Shown here: piece by piece, positions 1-7,084 of the stretch
Numbering within the stretch: position 1 is the first letter of the stretch
Layout: the number at the start of each line of letters is the position of its first letter
NCBI GenBank assembly: GCA_964591135.1
Contig: CAZPZU010000016.1
Coordinates: 4,941 to 68,940 of the forward strand
DNA: 64,000 nt
Direction: 5' to 3'
DNA from: an uncultured Gemmatimonadaceae bacterium
GTDB taxonomy: Bacteria; Gemmatimonadota; Gemmatimonadetes; Longimicrobiales; Gaopeijiaceae
Notes under the pieces: model-generated
The model's database searches: none
Told to the model about the DNA's origin: nothing
What the model saw: only the letters and a program-made list of their open reading frames with translations
Position numbers and translations under genes: made by a program

Positions 1-497
1 TAGTGACAGCGCAGGCAGCCCCCCTCGATCCAAGGGAGGCCCTCGTGGGGAATCGCCACGCCCTGACTGGTCATTCCGTCGTGGGCGAGGGTGGTGTGGC
101 AGAGCCGGCAGTCGTCGCCCCGAGCGCCGGAGAGCTCGTCGGCGTGGCAGAGCCCGCACGTGCCGGGTCCGGCCTTGAGCGAGTCGCCGCCCGCGCGGTG
201 CGTGTGACACCCCGCGCATCCGATCGCCACCGATCCGCTGGAGCCGTGCCCGCGATGCGTGAAGCGGACCGTCTGGATCATCACCTGGGCGGGGACCTCG
301 TTTCCGTGGCAACCCGACGCGACGCATGCGCCGCTCGGTACGGCCGCGAGCTCGCGGTCGGCCAGGCCTCCCTGGTGGCACGCCGCGCACGCCAGCCGAG
401 CATGTGGCTCGGCGCCGGCTTGCCTCGGCGCGGTCTCGGTCCCGCAGGCGGCCAGGCCCGCCGCGGCCAGTACCGCTAGTAGAGAATGACGGCCCAT
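1..497 (-). CDS. multihaem c-type cytochrome, predicted lipoprotein (N-terminal 165 aa only; gene continues past the left window edge)
   Basis: Not in the ORF track because there is no stop in the window. The minus frame is open from ATG 497-495 down to position 3. Translation MGRHSLLAVLAAAGLAACGTET... has a signal peptide plus lipobox L-A-A-C. It carries five CXXCH motifs (CAACH, CAGCH, CGLCH, CRLCH, CLRCH) and one CX4CH (CVASGCH). Track ORF 3..479(+) is its exact antisense frame. Confidence 0.75.
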   Translation of the reverse strand, partial: MGRHSLLAVLAAAGLAACGTETAPRQAGAEPHARLACAACHQGGLADRELAAVPSGACVASGCHGNEVPAQVMIQTVRFTHRGHGSSGSVAIGCAGCHTHRAGGDSLKAGPGTCGLCHADELSGARGDDCRLCHTTLAHDGMTSQGVAIPHEGLPWIEGGCLRCH

Positions 498-1369
498 AGG
501 ATCATCCCGGTGAGGGCGAGCCCCACGGCGACGGCCGCGAAGCCCAAAGCGGCTGCGATGAGGGAAGCCCGCCTCGTGGGAGGGGGCGCGGGCGTGTCCG
601 GCTTCTGCTCGAGCGACGGCGGCTGGGAGGCGTGGATCTCGATCTGCTCCATGACGAGCGGATGCTCCTCCTCCATGTAGGCCTTGGTCGCCCGTCCGGT
701 GAACATCACCGCGTCGAGCGGGAACTTCTCCGGCCGGAAGTGCACGTGGAAGAAGTGGATCGTGAAGATGAAGCCCGCCGCGAGGAGCGCCTCGTCGGCG
801 TGCACGATCGTGGCCACGTTGAAGACCCAGCCGGGGATGAAGCGGGCGAAGAACTCGGGGAACCAGAGCATCAGGCCGGATCCGCCGATGATCGCCACGC
901 CCCAGAACACGGCGAAGTAGTCGAACTTCTCCATGTAGCTCCAGCGGGTGAAGCGCGGCCGCGGACCACGGCCGAAGTACCAGCGGATCTGGCGCACGAA
1001 ATCCACCACGTCCCTCGGCTGCGGCACCAGCGAGTCGGGTCCCCACAGGAGCTTCATCGGATCGGGCGCGCGCACCAGCTTGTGCACGAGGAAGCCGAGG
1101 TGGGCACCGAAGTAGGCGAAGGTGATCCCCGCGCCGATCCGGTGCAGGAGGCCGGCCATCTCGACGCCCCCCAGCAGCGCCATCAGGGGCCCGGCCCAGA
1201 AGGCCTGGCTGAACCGGAGGGGAAGGCCGGTCAGGACCAGGAGGAAGAACGAGACGATCACCGCCGCGTGGGTCCAGCGATGGTAGGCTTGGAAGCGCCA
1301 TACGAACGGCCCCTCTCCACGCTGGGCCGAGTCGAGGTGCAGCGGCGCATCCGGCTTGGGAACGGTCAT
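476..1369 (-). CDS. membrane b-type cytochrome subunit (FdnI/PhsC/hydrogenase cytochrome-b-like), about 5 TM helices
   Basis: ORF 476..1444 trimmed to ATG 1369-1367, which overlaps the TGA of the upstream cytochrome gene (ATGA). Hydrophobic helices carry His clusters (YHRWTHAAV, LLHRIGAG, IVHADE, IHFFHVHF) typical of di-haem b subunits. Family assigned by eye only. Confidence 0.7.
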   Translation of the reverse strand: MTVPKPDAPLHLDSAQRGEGPFVWRFQAYHRWTHAAVIVSFFLLVLTGLPLRFSQAFWAGPLMALLGGVEMAGLLHRIGAGITFAYFGAHLGFLVHKLVRAPDPMKLLWGPDSLVPQPRDVVDFVRQIRWYFGRGPRPRFTRWSYMEKFDYFAVFWGVAIIGGSGLMLWFPEFFARFIPGWVFNVATIVHADEALLAAGFIFTIHFFHVHFRPEKFPLDAVMFTGRATKAYMEEEHPLVMEQIEIHASQPPSLEQKPDTPAPPPTRRASLIAAALGFAAVAVGLALTGMILWAVILY

Positions 1370-2562
1370 GATCCGCCTCCGACGTCGTGACGGGCGCCGT
1401 GCGACGTGCCCCTCAGGGCGTCGAAGCCCAGGCGGGCGAGCCACAGGGCGGTGTGGGCTCCGAAGACCAGGAAGACGCCGATGAGCAGCGTGGTCATCAG
1501 GTGGTAGGACCAGTACACGTACGGGTACTTCTCTCGATCATTGTGGTCCGCGTGGGGTTGGAAGAGCGCGAAGCCCGCCGTGGCCTGCTGATGGCACGTG
1601 CGACAGGTATCGAGCCGGCGGGCGTCGCTGACCGTGGAGCGCGGATCCGAGGCCGGGTAGATGCCATGGGATCCGTGGCAGTCGTGGCACGTCGCGGCCA
1701 CCGCGGAGCCGAGCGTGGACGCCTGTCCGTGGTACGAATCGGCGTAGCTCTCGGCATAGGGCTCGTGGCAGTGCGAGCACCGCTCCACCATCCAGGCCTG
1801 GAACCCGGGGTCGGACGGGGCCAGCATACCATGCGCCCCGTGGCATGCGCTGCAAGCCGGCGGCTCGGGGCTCGTGGCTCCCTCCGGGAGCCGTCCCCCG
1901 GGCCTGGCCATCTCGGGGACTGCGGTGCCGTGCACGTCGGCGCGCCACGCCATGGCCATGGTGTCGTGGCAGGCGCCGCACGTCCTCCCCTGGTTGAGCG
2001 GATTCGTGTTCGCCCGCTCGTCCTCGGCCGGGAGCGTGCGGTGCGGCTCGTGGCATCCTGCGCACGACACCGAGTCGGCATGGGGGTCGAGGCCGGCCGA
2101 AACGGGCTCGAAGTGGCACGAGCCGCATGCCTGGCGCATCGCGCGGGCGCCCTCGGGCGTGCGCAGCTCGCGGAGCGGCTTCACGTCGTGCGTGCCGTGG
2201 CAGTCCCGGCAGGTCGCGGCGCTGTCGAGCGCGTGCATCCCGAGGCTCCACACCCTGGCCACCTCCTCGTGGCACGACTGACAGTTCAGCGTCGTCGCCG
2301 TCGCGCCGTGCGGGTAGCGTCGGAATCCGTCGTGGCAGTCCGAGCAGCTCATCGAGCCGTGGGCGGAAGCGGCCAGGGTCGCCTCGGGCGACATGAGCTT
2401 CCGCGCGTCCTCGAGGGTGGGCACGTGTTGACGCAGGAACTCGAGCTCACCGTGGCAGGACTCGCAGGTCGGGCGTGCGGCCTGGGCGAGCGCCGTCGAG
2501 GGCGCGCCCGAGAGCGACGGGAGCGCCGCGAGCAGCAGGGTCCCGAAGGTCGGTCGTCTCAC
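1366..2562 (-). CDS. membrane-anchored undecahaem c-type cytochrome
   Basis: ORF 1366..2859 trimmed to GTG 2562-2560, which overlaps the TGA of the regulator gene (GTGA), with GGAG 9 nt upstream. Signal-like N-terminus RRPTFGTLLLAALPSLSGAPSTALAQA. Eleven CXXCH motifs. C-terminal TM helix LMTTLLIGVFLVFGAHTALWLA. Confidence 0.85.
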   Translation of the reverse strand: MRRPTFGTLLLAALPSLSGAPSTALAQAARPTCESCHGELEFLRQHVPTLEDARKLMSPEATLAASAHGSMSCSDCHDGFRRYPHGATATTLNCQSCHEEVARVWSLGMHALDSAATCRDCHGTHDVKPLRELRTPEGARAMRQACGSCHFEPVSAGLDPHADSVSCAGCHEPHRTLPAEDERANTNPLNQGRTCGACHDTMAMAWRADVHGTAVPEMARPGGRLPEGATSPEPPACSACHGAHGMLAPSDPGFQAWMVERCSHCHEPYAESYADSYHGQASTLGSAVAATCHDCHGSHGIYPASDPRSTVSDARRLDTCRTCHQQATAGFALFQPHADHNDREKYPYVYWSYHLMTTLLIGVFLVFGAHTALWLARLGFDALRGTSHGARHDVGGGS

Positions 2563-3920
2563 TCTTCGACTCCATACTTCTTCAGGCGGTTGCGGATCTG
2601 GTGCCGACTCAGGCCCAGCAGGCGTCCCGCTTCGGTACGGTTTCCTTCGGCCCTGCGCAGGGCCTCCATGAGGAGCTCCCGCTCGAGCTCTTCCATGTCG
2701 ACGCCGCCCGGGCCCAGCGTGAACTGCCCGCTGCCCGTCTCCTCCGCTCCGCGGCTGCGGACCTCGGGAGGCAGCGATTCCACGTTGATCTCGTCGCCCT
2801 CGGTGAGGAGGACCGCCCGCTCGACGACGTTTTGCAGCTCGCGGACGTTGCCCGGCCACGGGTAGGTCTCCAACAACTCCTCCGCCTCATGGGTGACGCC
2901 GCGCACGCGCTTGCCGAACTCCCGGTTGAAGCGGTCGAGGAAGGCGGCGGTGAGCGCCGGAATGTCCGAGCGCCGGTGCCGCAGGGGCGGGAGCTCGATG
3001 GGGAGGACGCGCAGGCGGTAGAACAGGTCCTGGCGGAAGCCTCCCTCCGCGACCTCCTCCTCGAGATGGCGGTTGGTCGCCGTGATGACGCGGACGTCCA
3101 CCTTGAGGTCGACCGTTCCGCCCACGCGTCGGAACGCCCGGTCCTCGATGAAGCCGAGCAGCTTGCTCTGCACCCCCGGGGACAGCTCGCCGATCTCGTC
3201 GAGGAACAGCGTTCCGCCGTTGGCCACCTCGACGAGCCCGCGCTTCAGGGTGCGCGCGTCGGTGAACGCGCCCTTCTCGTGCCCGAACAGCTCGGACTCC
3301 ATGAGCGATTCCGCCAGTGCGGAGCACGTCACGCTGACGAACGGCTTGTCGGCCCGCGGGCTCAGGTCGTGGATCAGGCGCGCGAGCACGCCCTTGCCGG
3401 TGCCCGTCTCGCCCAGGAGGAGAACGGTGGCCGTCTCGGCGGGAGCGATGCGATCCACCAGGCTCAGCACCTCGCGCATCGCGGGGCTCGAGCCGATGAC
3501 GGCGCCGCGCACGCCGCCGGCACGCCTGAGCGCGCGCACCTCGCGCCGCAAGCGCGTGCGCTCGAGGGTCGACTCGAGCGTCGCTTCCAGGCGATCGAGG
3601 GAGAACGGCTTCTCCAGGTAGTCCTGGGCGCCCTTCTTCAGCGCTTCGACCGCGGATTCGATCGTCGCGTGCGCCGTGATCATCACGCATGGCACCTGCT
3701 CCTCGGAGGTCAGCTCCTCCAGGAGCTCCGTGCCGTTGCCGTCCGGCAGGCGGATGTCGAGGAGCGCCGCGTCGGGGTAGTTCCCCTGGAGGGCGCGGCG
3801 CGCTTCGGCTAGGGATCGCGCCGCGGTCACCTCATAGCCACGCCGACGGAGCCGCTCCGCCACCACCGTGCGGATCAGGTCGTCGTCGTCGACCAGCAAG
3901 ATCTTCTCTGCCATGGTCAC
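2559..3920 (-). CDS. sigma-54-dependent response regulator (NtrC/AtoC family)
   Basis: 453 aa. REC domain (KILLVDDDDLIR...LDIRLPDG), AAA+ sigma-54 activator domain (GETGTGKG Walker A, ESELFGHEKGAFTDA loop) and a C-terminal Fis-type HTH (RTEAGRLLGLSRHQIRNRLKKY). Its ATG overlaps the kinase stop (ATGA at 3917-3920). Confidence 0.93.
   Translation of the reverse strand: MTMAEKILLVDDDDLIRTVVAERLRRRGYEVTAARSLAEARRALQGNYPDAALLDIRLPDGNGTELLEELTSEEQVPCVMITAHATIESAVEALKKGAQDYLEKPFSLDRLEATLESTLERTRLRREVRALRRAGGVRGAVIGSSPAMREVLSLVDRIAPAETATVLLLGETGTGKGVLARLIHDLSPRADKPFVSVTCSALAESLMESELFGHEKGAFTDARTLKRGLVEVANGGTLFLDEIGELSPGVQSKLLGFIEDRAFRRVGGTVDLKVDVRVITATNRHLEEEVAEGGFRQDLFYRLRVLPIELPPLRHRRSDIPALTAAFLDRFNREFGKRVRGVTHEAEELLETYPWPGNVRELQNVVERAVLLTEGDEINVESLPPEVRSRGAEETGSGQFTLGPGGVDMEELERELLMEALRRAEGNRTEAGRLLGLSRHQIRNRLKKYGVEE
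2590..2606 (-). promoter_or_regulatory. candidate sigma-54 (-24/-12) promoter for the cytochrome genes, embedded in the 3' end of the regulator gene
   Basis: The minus strand reads CGGCAC-CAGAT-CCGCAA. This gives GG-N10-GC spacing like TGGCAC-N5-TTGCW, with 5 of 6 matches at -24 and the GC at -12. It ends about 30 nt upstream of GTG 2562. The two T of the -12 element are CC here. Confidence 0.25.
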
Positions 3921-5353
3921 GCTCCCGCTGTGACGTGTTCCGGGACCACGGGCAGCGTGATCCGGACGGTGGTGCCGTGCTTCGGACGGCTCTCGATGGC
4001 GAGGCCGCCGCGGTGGGCCGAGACGATCCGGGCCACCAGGGGAAGACCGAGCCCGGTTCCCAGCGGCTTGGTGGAGTAGAAGGGGCGCAGGGCCCGGTCG
4101 ACCTCCTCGGGATCGAGACCGTGGCCGGTATCCGTGACGGACACCTCCACCGATTCGCGCGCACGCGACCTGACGGCCACCGTGAGGTGCCCACCTTCCG
4201 ACATGGCTTCGACCGCGTTGCCCATCACGTTCAGGAACGCCTGGGTGAGCCGCCGTCCGTCCCCTCGGACGAGGATGCGCTGGTGCCCGTAGGTGCGGTG
4301 GGTCTCGACATGCCCGATCCCCGGCATCCCGGCGAGACCGGCGAGCGCCTCGTCCAGTACGTCGGCGAGATCCACGGCGCCGTCCTCCAGGACCAGGGGC
4401 TTGGCCAGCGAGAAGAGGTCCTGCATGGTCTCGTGCAGGCGGTCGAGCTGCAGGTGTACCGCCTCGAGCACCTCGCTACCTCCCTCGTCGAGCTCGTACT
4501 CCTGCTGGAGGACCGAAACGGCCGTCTGGATGGAAGCCAGGGGCCGCTTGAACTCGTGTGCCATCTCGGCGGCGAGCTCGCCCACCTGGGCCAGGCCCTC
4601 CTGGGCCGCGAGCCGCTTGTCCTGATCCGCCGCCCTCGCCTCTACCTCCCGCCCCTTCTCCAGGAGCTCGGTGACGGAGCGCTCCAGGTGGACGAGCTCG
4701 TTACGCGGGCGGGCTTGTCCGCCCGCCTCGGATCGCAGGAGGATGTCCATGCGGTGCAGGGGAGCCACGACCTCGCGCTCGAACATCGTCACGACCACGA
4801 TGCCGACGGCCAGGAGGGACACGGCCATCAGCCCCATGCCGAGCCGTGCGCCGCGCTCCATGGCAGCCATCGTCGGAGCGACGGAGAACTCGACTTCCAG
4901 CACCGCGGGCTGGGGGATCGACACCGGGAGGTAGGCCCGGACCGCGTCACCGGACTCCGACACCTTCACGATCCCCGACCTGGGCAGCTCCGTGGGATCG
5001 GGGATGAAGACGGAGGCCGCGCGCGTCCCCTCTTCGTAGTTGTCCGCGGAGATCAGGATGCGCCCGTCCTTGCTGTAGACGCGCGCGGTGGTGACGTCTC
5101 CCCCTTCGCGCAGGCGCGCGAGGGCATGATGGGCCGGGGAGAGCCGGCCGAGGCGGATGGCCGACTCGAGGGTCGCCTGGGTCGACGCAGCCGCCAGCAG
5201 CGCCTGTCGCTCCGCCGAGGCAAGCGCCTCGTTCTCCCAGTAACGAAAGGAGAGGTAGGTGGAGCCACCCAGCGCGGCGACCGCCGCCCCAAGAACAGTG
5301 AGGAGCACCTTTCCGCGGACCGGTAGCGACCGGACACGCCGAACCCAGCTCAT
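3917..5353 (-). CDS. sensor histidine kinase with two TM segments flanking a periplasmic domain
   Basis: 478 aa. H-box AHEFKRPLASIQ, N-box FLNVMGNAVEA and G-boxes DTGHGL / GTGLGLPLV. GGAGG lies 9 nt upstream of the ATG. Confidence 0.9.
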   Translation of the reverse strand: MSWVRRVRSLPVRGKVLLTVLGAAVAALGGSTYLSFRYWENEALASAERQALLAAASTQATLESAIRLGRLSPAHHALARLREGGDVTTARVYSKDGRILISADNYEEGTRAASVFIPDPTELPRSGIVKVSESGDAVRAYLPVSIPQPAVLEVEFSVAPTMAAMERGARLGMGLMAVSLLAVGIVVVTMFEREVVAPLHRMDILLRSEAGGQARPRNELVHLERSVTELLEKGREVEARAADQDKRLAAQEGLAQVGELAAEMAHEFKRPLASIQTAVSVLQQEYELDEGGSEVLEAVHLQLDRLHETMQDLFSLAKPLVLEDGAVDLADVLDEALAGLAGMPGIGHVETHRTYGHQRILVRGDGRRLTQAFLNVMGNAVEAMSEGGHLTVAVRSRARESVEVSVTDTGHGLDPEEVDRALRPFYSTKPLGTGLGLPLVARIVSAHRGGLAIESRPKHGTTVRITLPVVPEHVTAGA

Positions 5354-5551
5354 GTGGAGCCGCCTCCGAAGCGGCGACCACGCAAGGAAGTGGTGCTTCG
5401 AGATCCGCCCGGAAGATAGCGGCGCGGACGGGCGGGTTGTAGAGGGAAACGCGCGGCTTCGCGCGCCATCCGGCCCGAAACGCGCACAAACCCGGCCCGG
5501 CCCGAGGGGGCCGACCCGGATACGGCTCGATTCGCTCCGTAGAACAACGGA

Positions 5552-5587
5552 CCGAGGGGGCCCGGTATCGATCCCGGGCCCCCTCGG
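5552..5587 (-). terminator. intrinsic-terminator-like hairpin after the 5610..6782 gene
   Basis: Perfect 14-bp stem CCGAGGGGGCCCGG / CCGGGCCCCCTCGG with the 8-nt loop TATCGATC. It starts 23 nt downstream of the stop at 5610. On the minus strand it is followed by CGTTGTTCT. Confidence 0.6.
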
Positions 5588-5609
5588 AGGGAGGATGAAG
5601 CGCGCGGCT

Positions 5610-6782
5610 TCACGCGAGGAGCGCGATTGCGGCCAGTGCGGCGAAGTCCGCCACCAGAGCCGTCACGAAGCCCTTCCGCCAGAAGAGGACCCCGAAGACC
5701 GCGGCGGGGATCGCGACGGCGGTGAGGAGGAAGGCCGCGGTGCCGGCCCAGCTCGCGAAGCCGACGGCCAGCGCGCCGGGCGTGTAGAGGAGCACCTGCA
5801 CCGCCGTCGCTGCCACTACCGCGCCCGCGAGGGCCTCGTTGGCGTTGACCCTGTGCCACCGGAGCATGAGCCAGGCCACGCCCGTCACCAGGAAGAGCCG
5901 CAGGAGCACTTCGTTCACGACCGCTTGGCTCACCTCGACGACCAGGGTGCCGGCCAAGGCCGTCGGAGCGCTGGGGGCCGCGAACGGGACCGCGAGCAGC
6001 CCGACGACGAGCCCGATCACCAGCCCGAGCACGATGTCGGCGGTGGTTGCGCGCCGCTCTCCCAGCCCGGCCAGCGGGCGAGGGAAGGGAACACCCCGCG
6101 CGAGACGGAGCGCCAGCGTCACGACCGGCCCCGCCACCCAGATGGCGAGGAGTGCCGCGAGCAGCACCGCTCCGGTCTCGGTCAAGCGCAGCCTCAACCC
6201 CCAGATCTCCGGCCGGTCGGCCAGGAAGGTGAGGAGCAGAGCGGCGAACGAGCCTGCCGCGATGACGGTGCCCGGCCGCCGCTCGGGCCACCGGGCGAAC
6301 GCGTTCTTCAGAGCCCTCCAGGCGTGGACGGTCGCCACCGCCAGGATCGCGCCGGCGCCGACCCAGCCCACCGCCGCGCCGACGAGGGCGCCAGGACGGC
6401 CCGTGTAGGCGGCGATCAGCGTCATGGCCACCCAGATGGACGCCAGCCAGGCGACGGACAGACCCGGGATCGCGAACAGGATCGCCCGTGCCAGGTCGCC
6501 GAGGGCCTTGCGGGGCGTCACGCCCGCCGGGCGGCCCAGGTAGCCCAGCACCGTCCCGTGGAGCAGGCCGATGAAGGCGCCGACGATGAAGAGTGCGGTG
6601 GCGGTCTCGAAGATGCCGTGGCCGCTCAGCCGCCCGGCGAGCGTCATCGCGCCTACCAGCACTCCACCGAGGGCAACCCCGCCGGCCATCGCACCGAGGA
6701 CGGCCATGCGCCCGTGCAGGCCGATGCTGCGCGGGACCGTTCCTCCGAGGGTTTCCGTTTCGTGCGTCGTCGCGGCGTTCAT
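5610..6782 (-). CDS. polytopic integral membrane protein, function unknown
   Basis: 390 aa, almost entirely hydrophobic Ala/Gly/Leu/Val helices (10 or more). The C-terminal NEVLLRLFLV segment weakly recalls CPBP/Abi motif 1 (EExxxR), but the other CPBP motifs are not evident. High GC3, own terminator. Confidence 0.7.
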   Translation of the reverse strand: MNAATTHETETLGGTVPRSIGLHGRMAVLGAMAGGVALGGVLVGAMTLAGRLSGHGIFETATALFIVGAFIGLLHGTVLGYLGRPAGVTPRKALGDLARAILFAIPGLSVAWLASIWVAMTLIAAYTGRPGALVGAAVGWVGAGAILAVATVHAWRALKNAFARWPERRPGTVIAAGSFAALLLTFLADRPEIWGLRLRLTETGAVLLAALLAIWVAGPVVTLALRLARGVPFPRPLAGLGERRATTADIVLGLVIGLVVGLLAVPFAAPSAPTALAGTLVVEVSQAVVNEVLLRLFLVTGVAWLMLRWHRVNANEALAGAVVAATAVQVLLYTPGALAVGFASWAGTAAFLLTAVAIPAAVFGVLFWRKGFVTALVADFAALAAIALLA

Positions 6783-6948
6783 CCTTCCCTCCTCCGGGTT
6801 CCGGGGGCTTCGTGCCTCCGTTCGCCCAGAAGTAGTACAAGGGCCGTGCCCCGCGCTCCACGCAAGCTATATCATGTTGGCAATAAATAGATTAGGACGC
6901 TTTATCTAATGTTGCTTGACATGTGACGCCCTCCTTCGCCCGCGTGGT

Positions 6949-6993
6949 ATCGCGCGGTTCAAGCGCGCGAAAGCGCGCATTTCAGCGCGCGAT
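6949..6993. repeat. nested GC-rich palindrome (stem / internal loop / GAAA-capped stem)
   Basis: Sequence ATCGCGCG-GTTCAA-GCGCGC-GAAA-GCGCGC-ATTTCAG-CGCGCGAT. The 8-bp outer stem pairs 6949-6956 with 6986-6993. The 6-bp inner stem pairs 6963-6968 with 6973-6978 and has a GAAA tetraloop. It sits between the transketolase terminator and an AT-rich island. Confidence 0.5.
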
Positions 6994-7049
6994 TCCCGAG
7001 GGGAGGCCGGGCCCCGACCCCATGCCATCGTCGTGCGGAAGGGTGGGGA

Positions 7050-7074
7050 GGGGCGGGTCCAGTGGACCCGCCCC
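7050..7074 (-). terminator. hairpin downstream of the transketolase gene
   Basis: GGGGCGGGTCC-AGT-GGACCCGCCCC, an 11-bp perfect stem, lying 11 nt after the stop at 7085. No clear U-tract. Confidence 0.45.
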
Positions 7075-7084
7075 GAACGGGCGT

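Noticed and set aside
5354-5400. Sigma-54-like AGCAC...TTGCG upstream of the histidine kinase gene.
   Set aside because: The spacing between the GC(A)C and TTGC elements is two nt too long for GG-N10-GC, and the -24 GG is AG.
5610-6782. Calling the 390-aa membrane protein a CPBP (CAAX) intramembrane protease or bacteriocin-immunity protein.
   Set aside because: Only a degenerate motif-1-like NEVLLR is present. The FxxxH and HxxxN/D motifs were not found. It is left as an unknown membrane protein.
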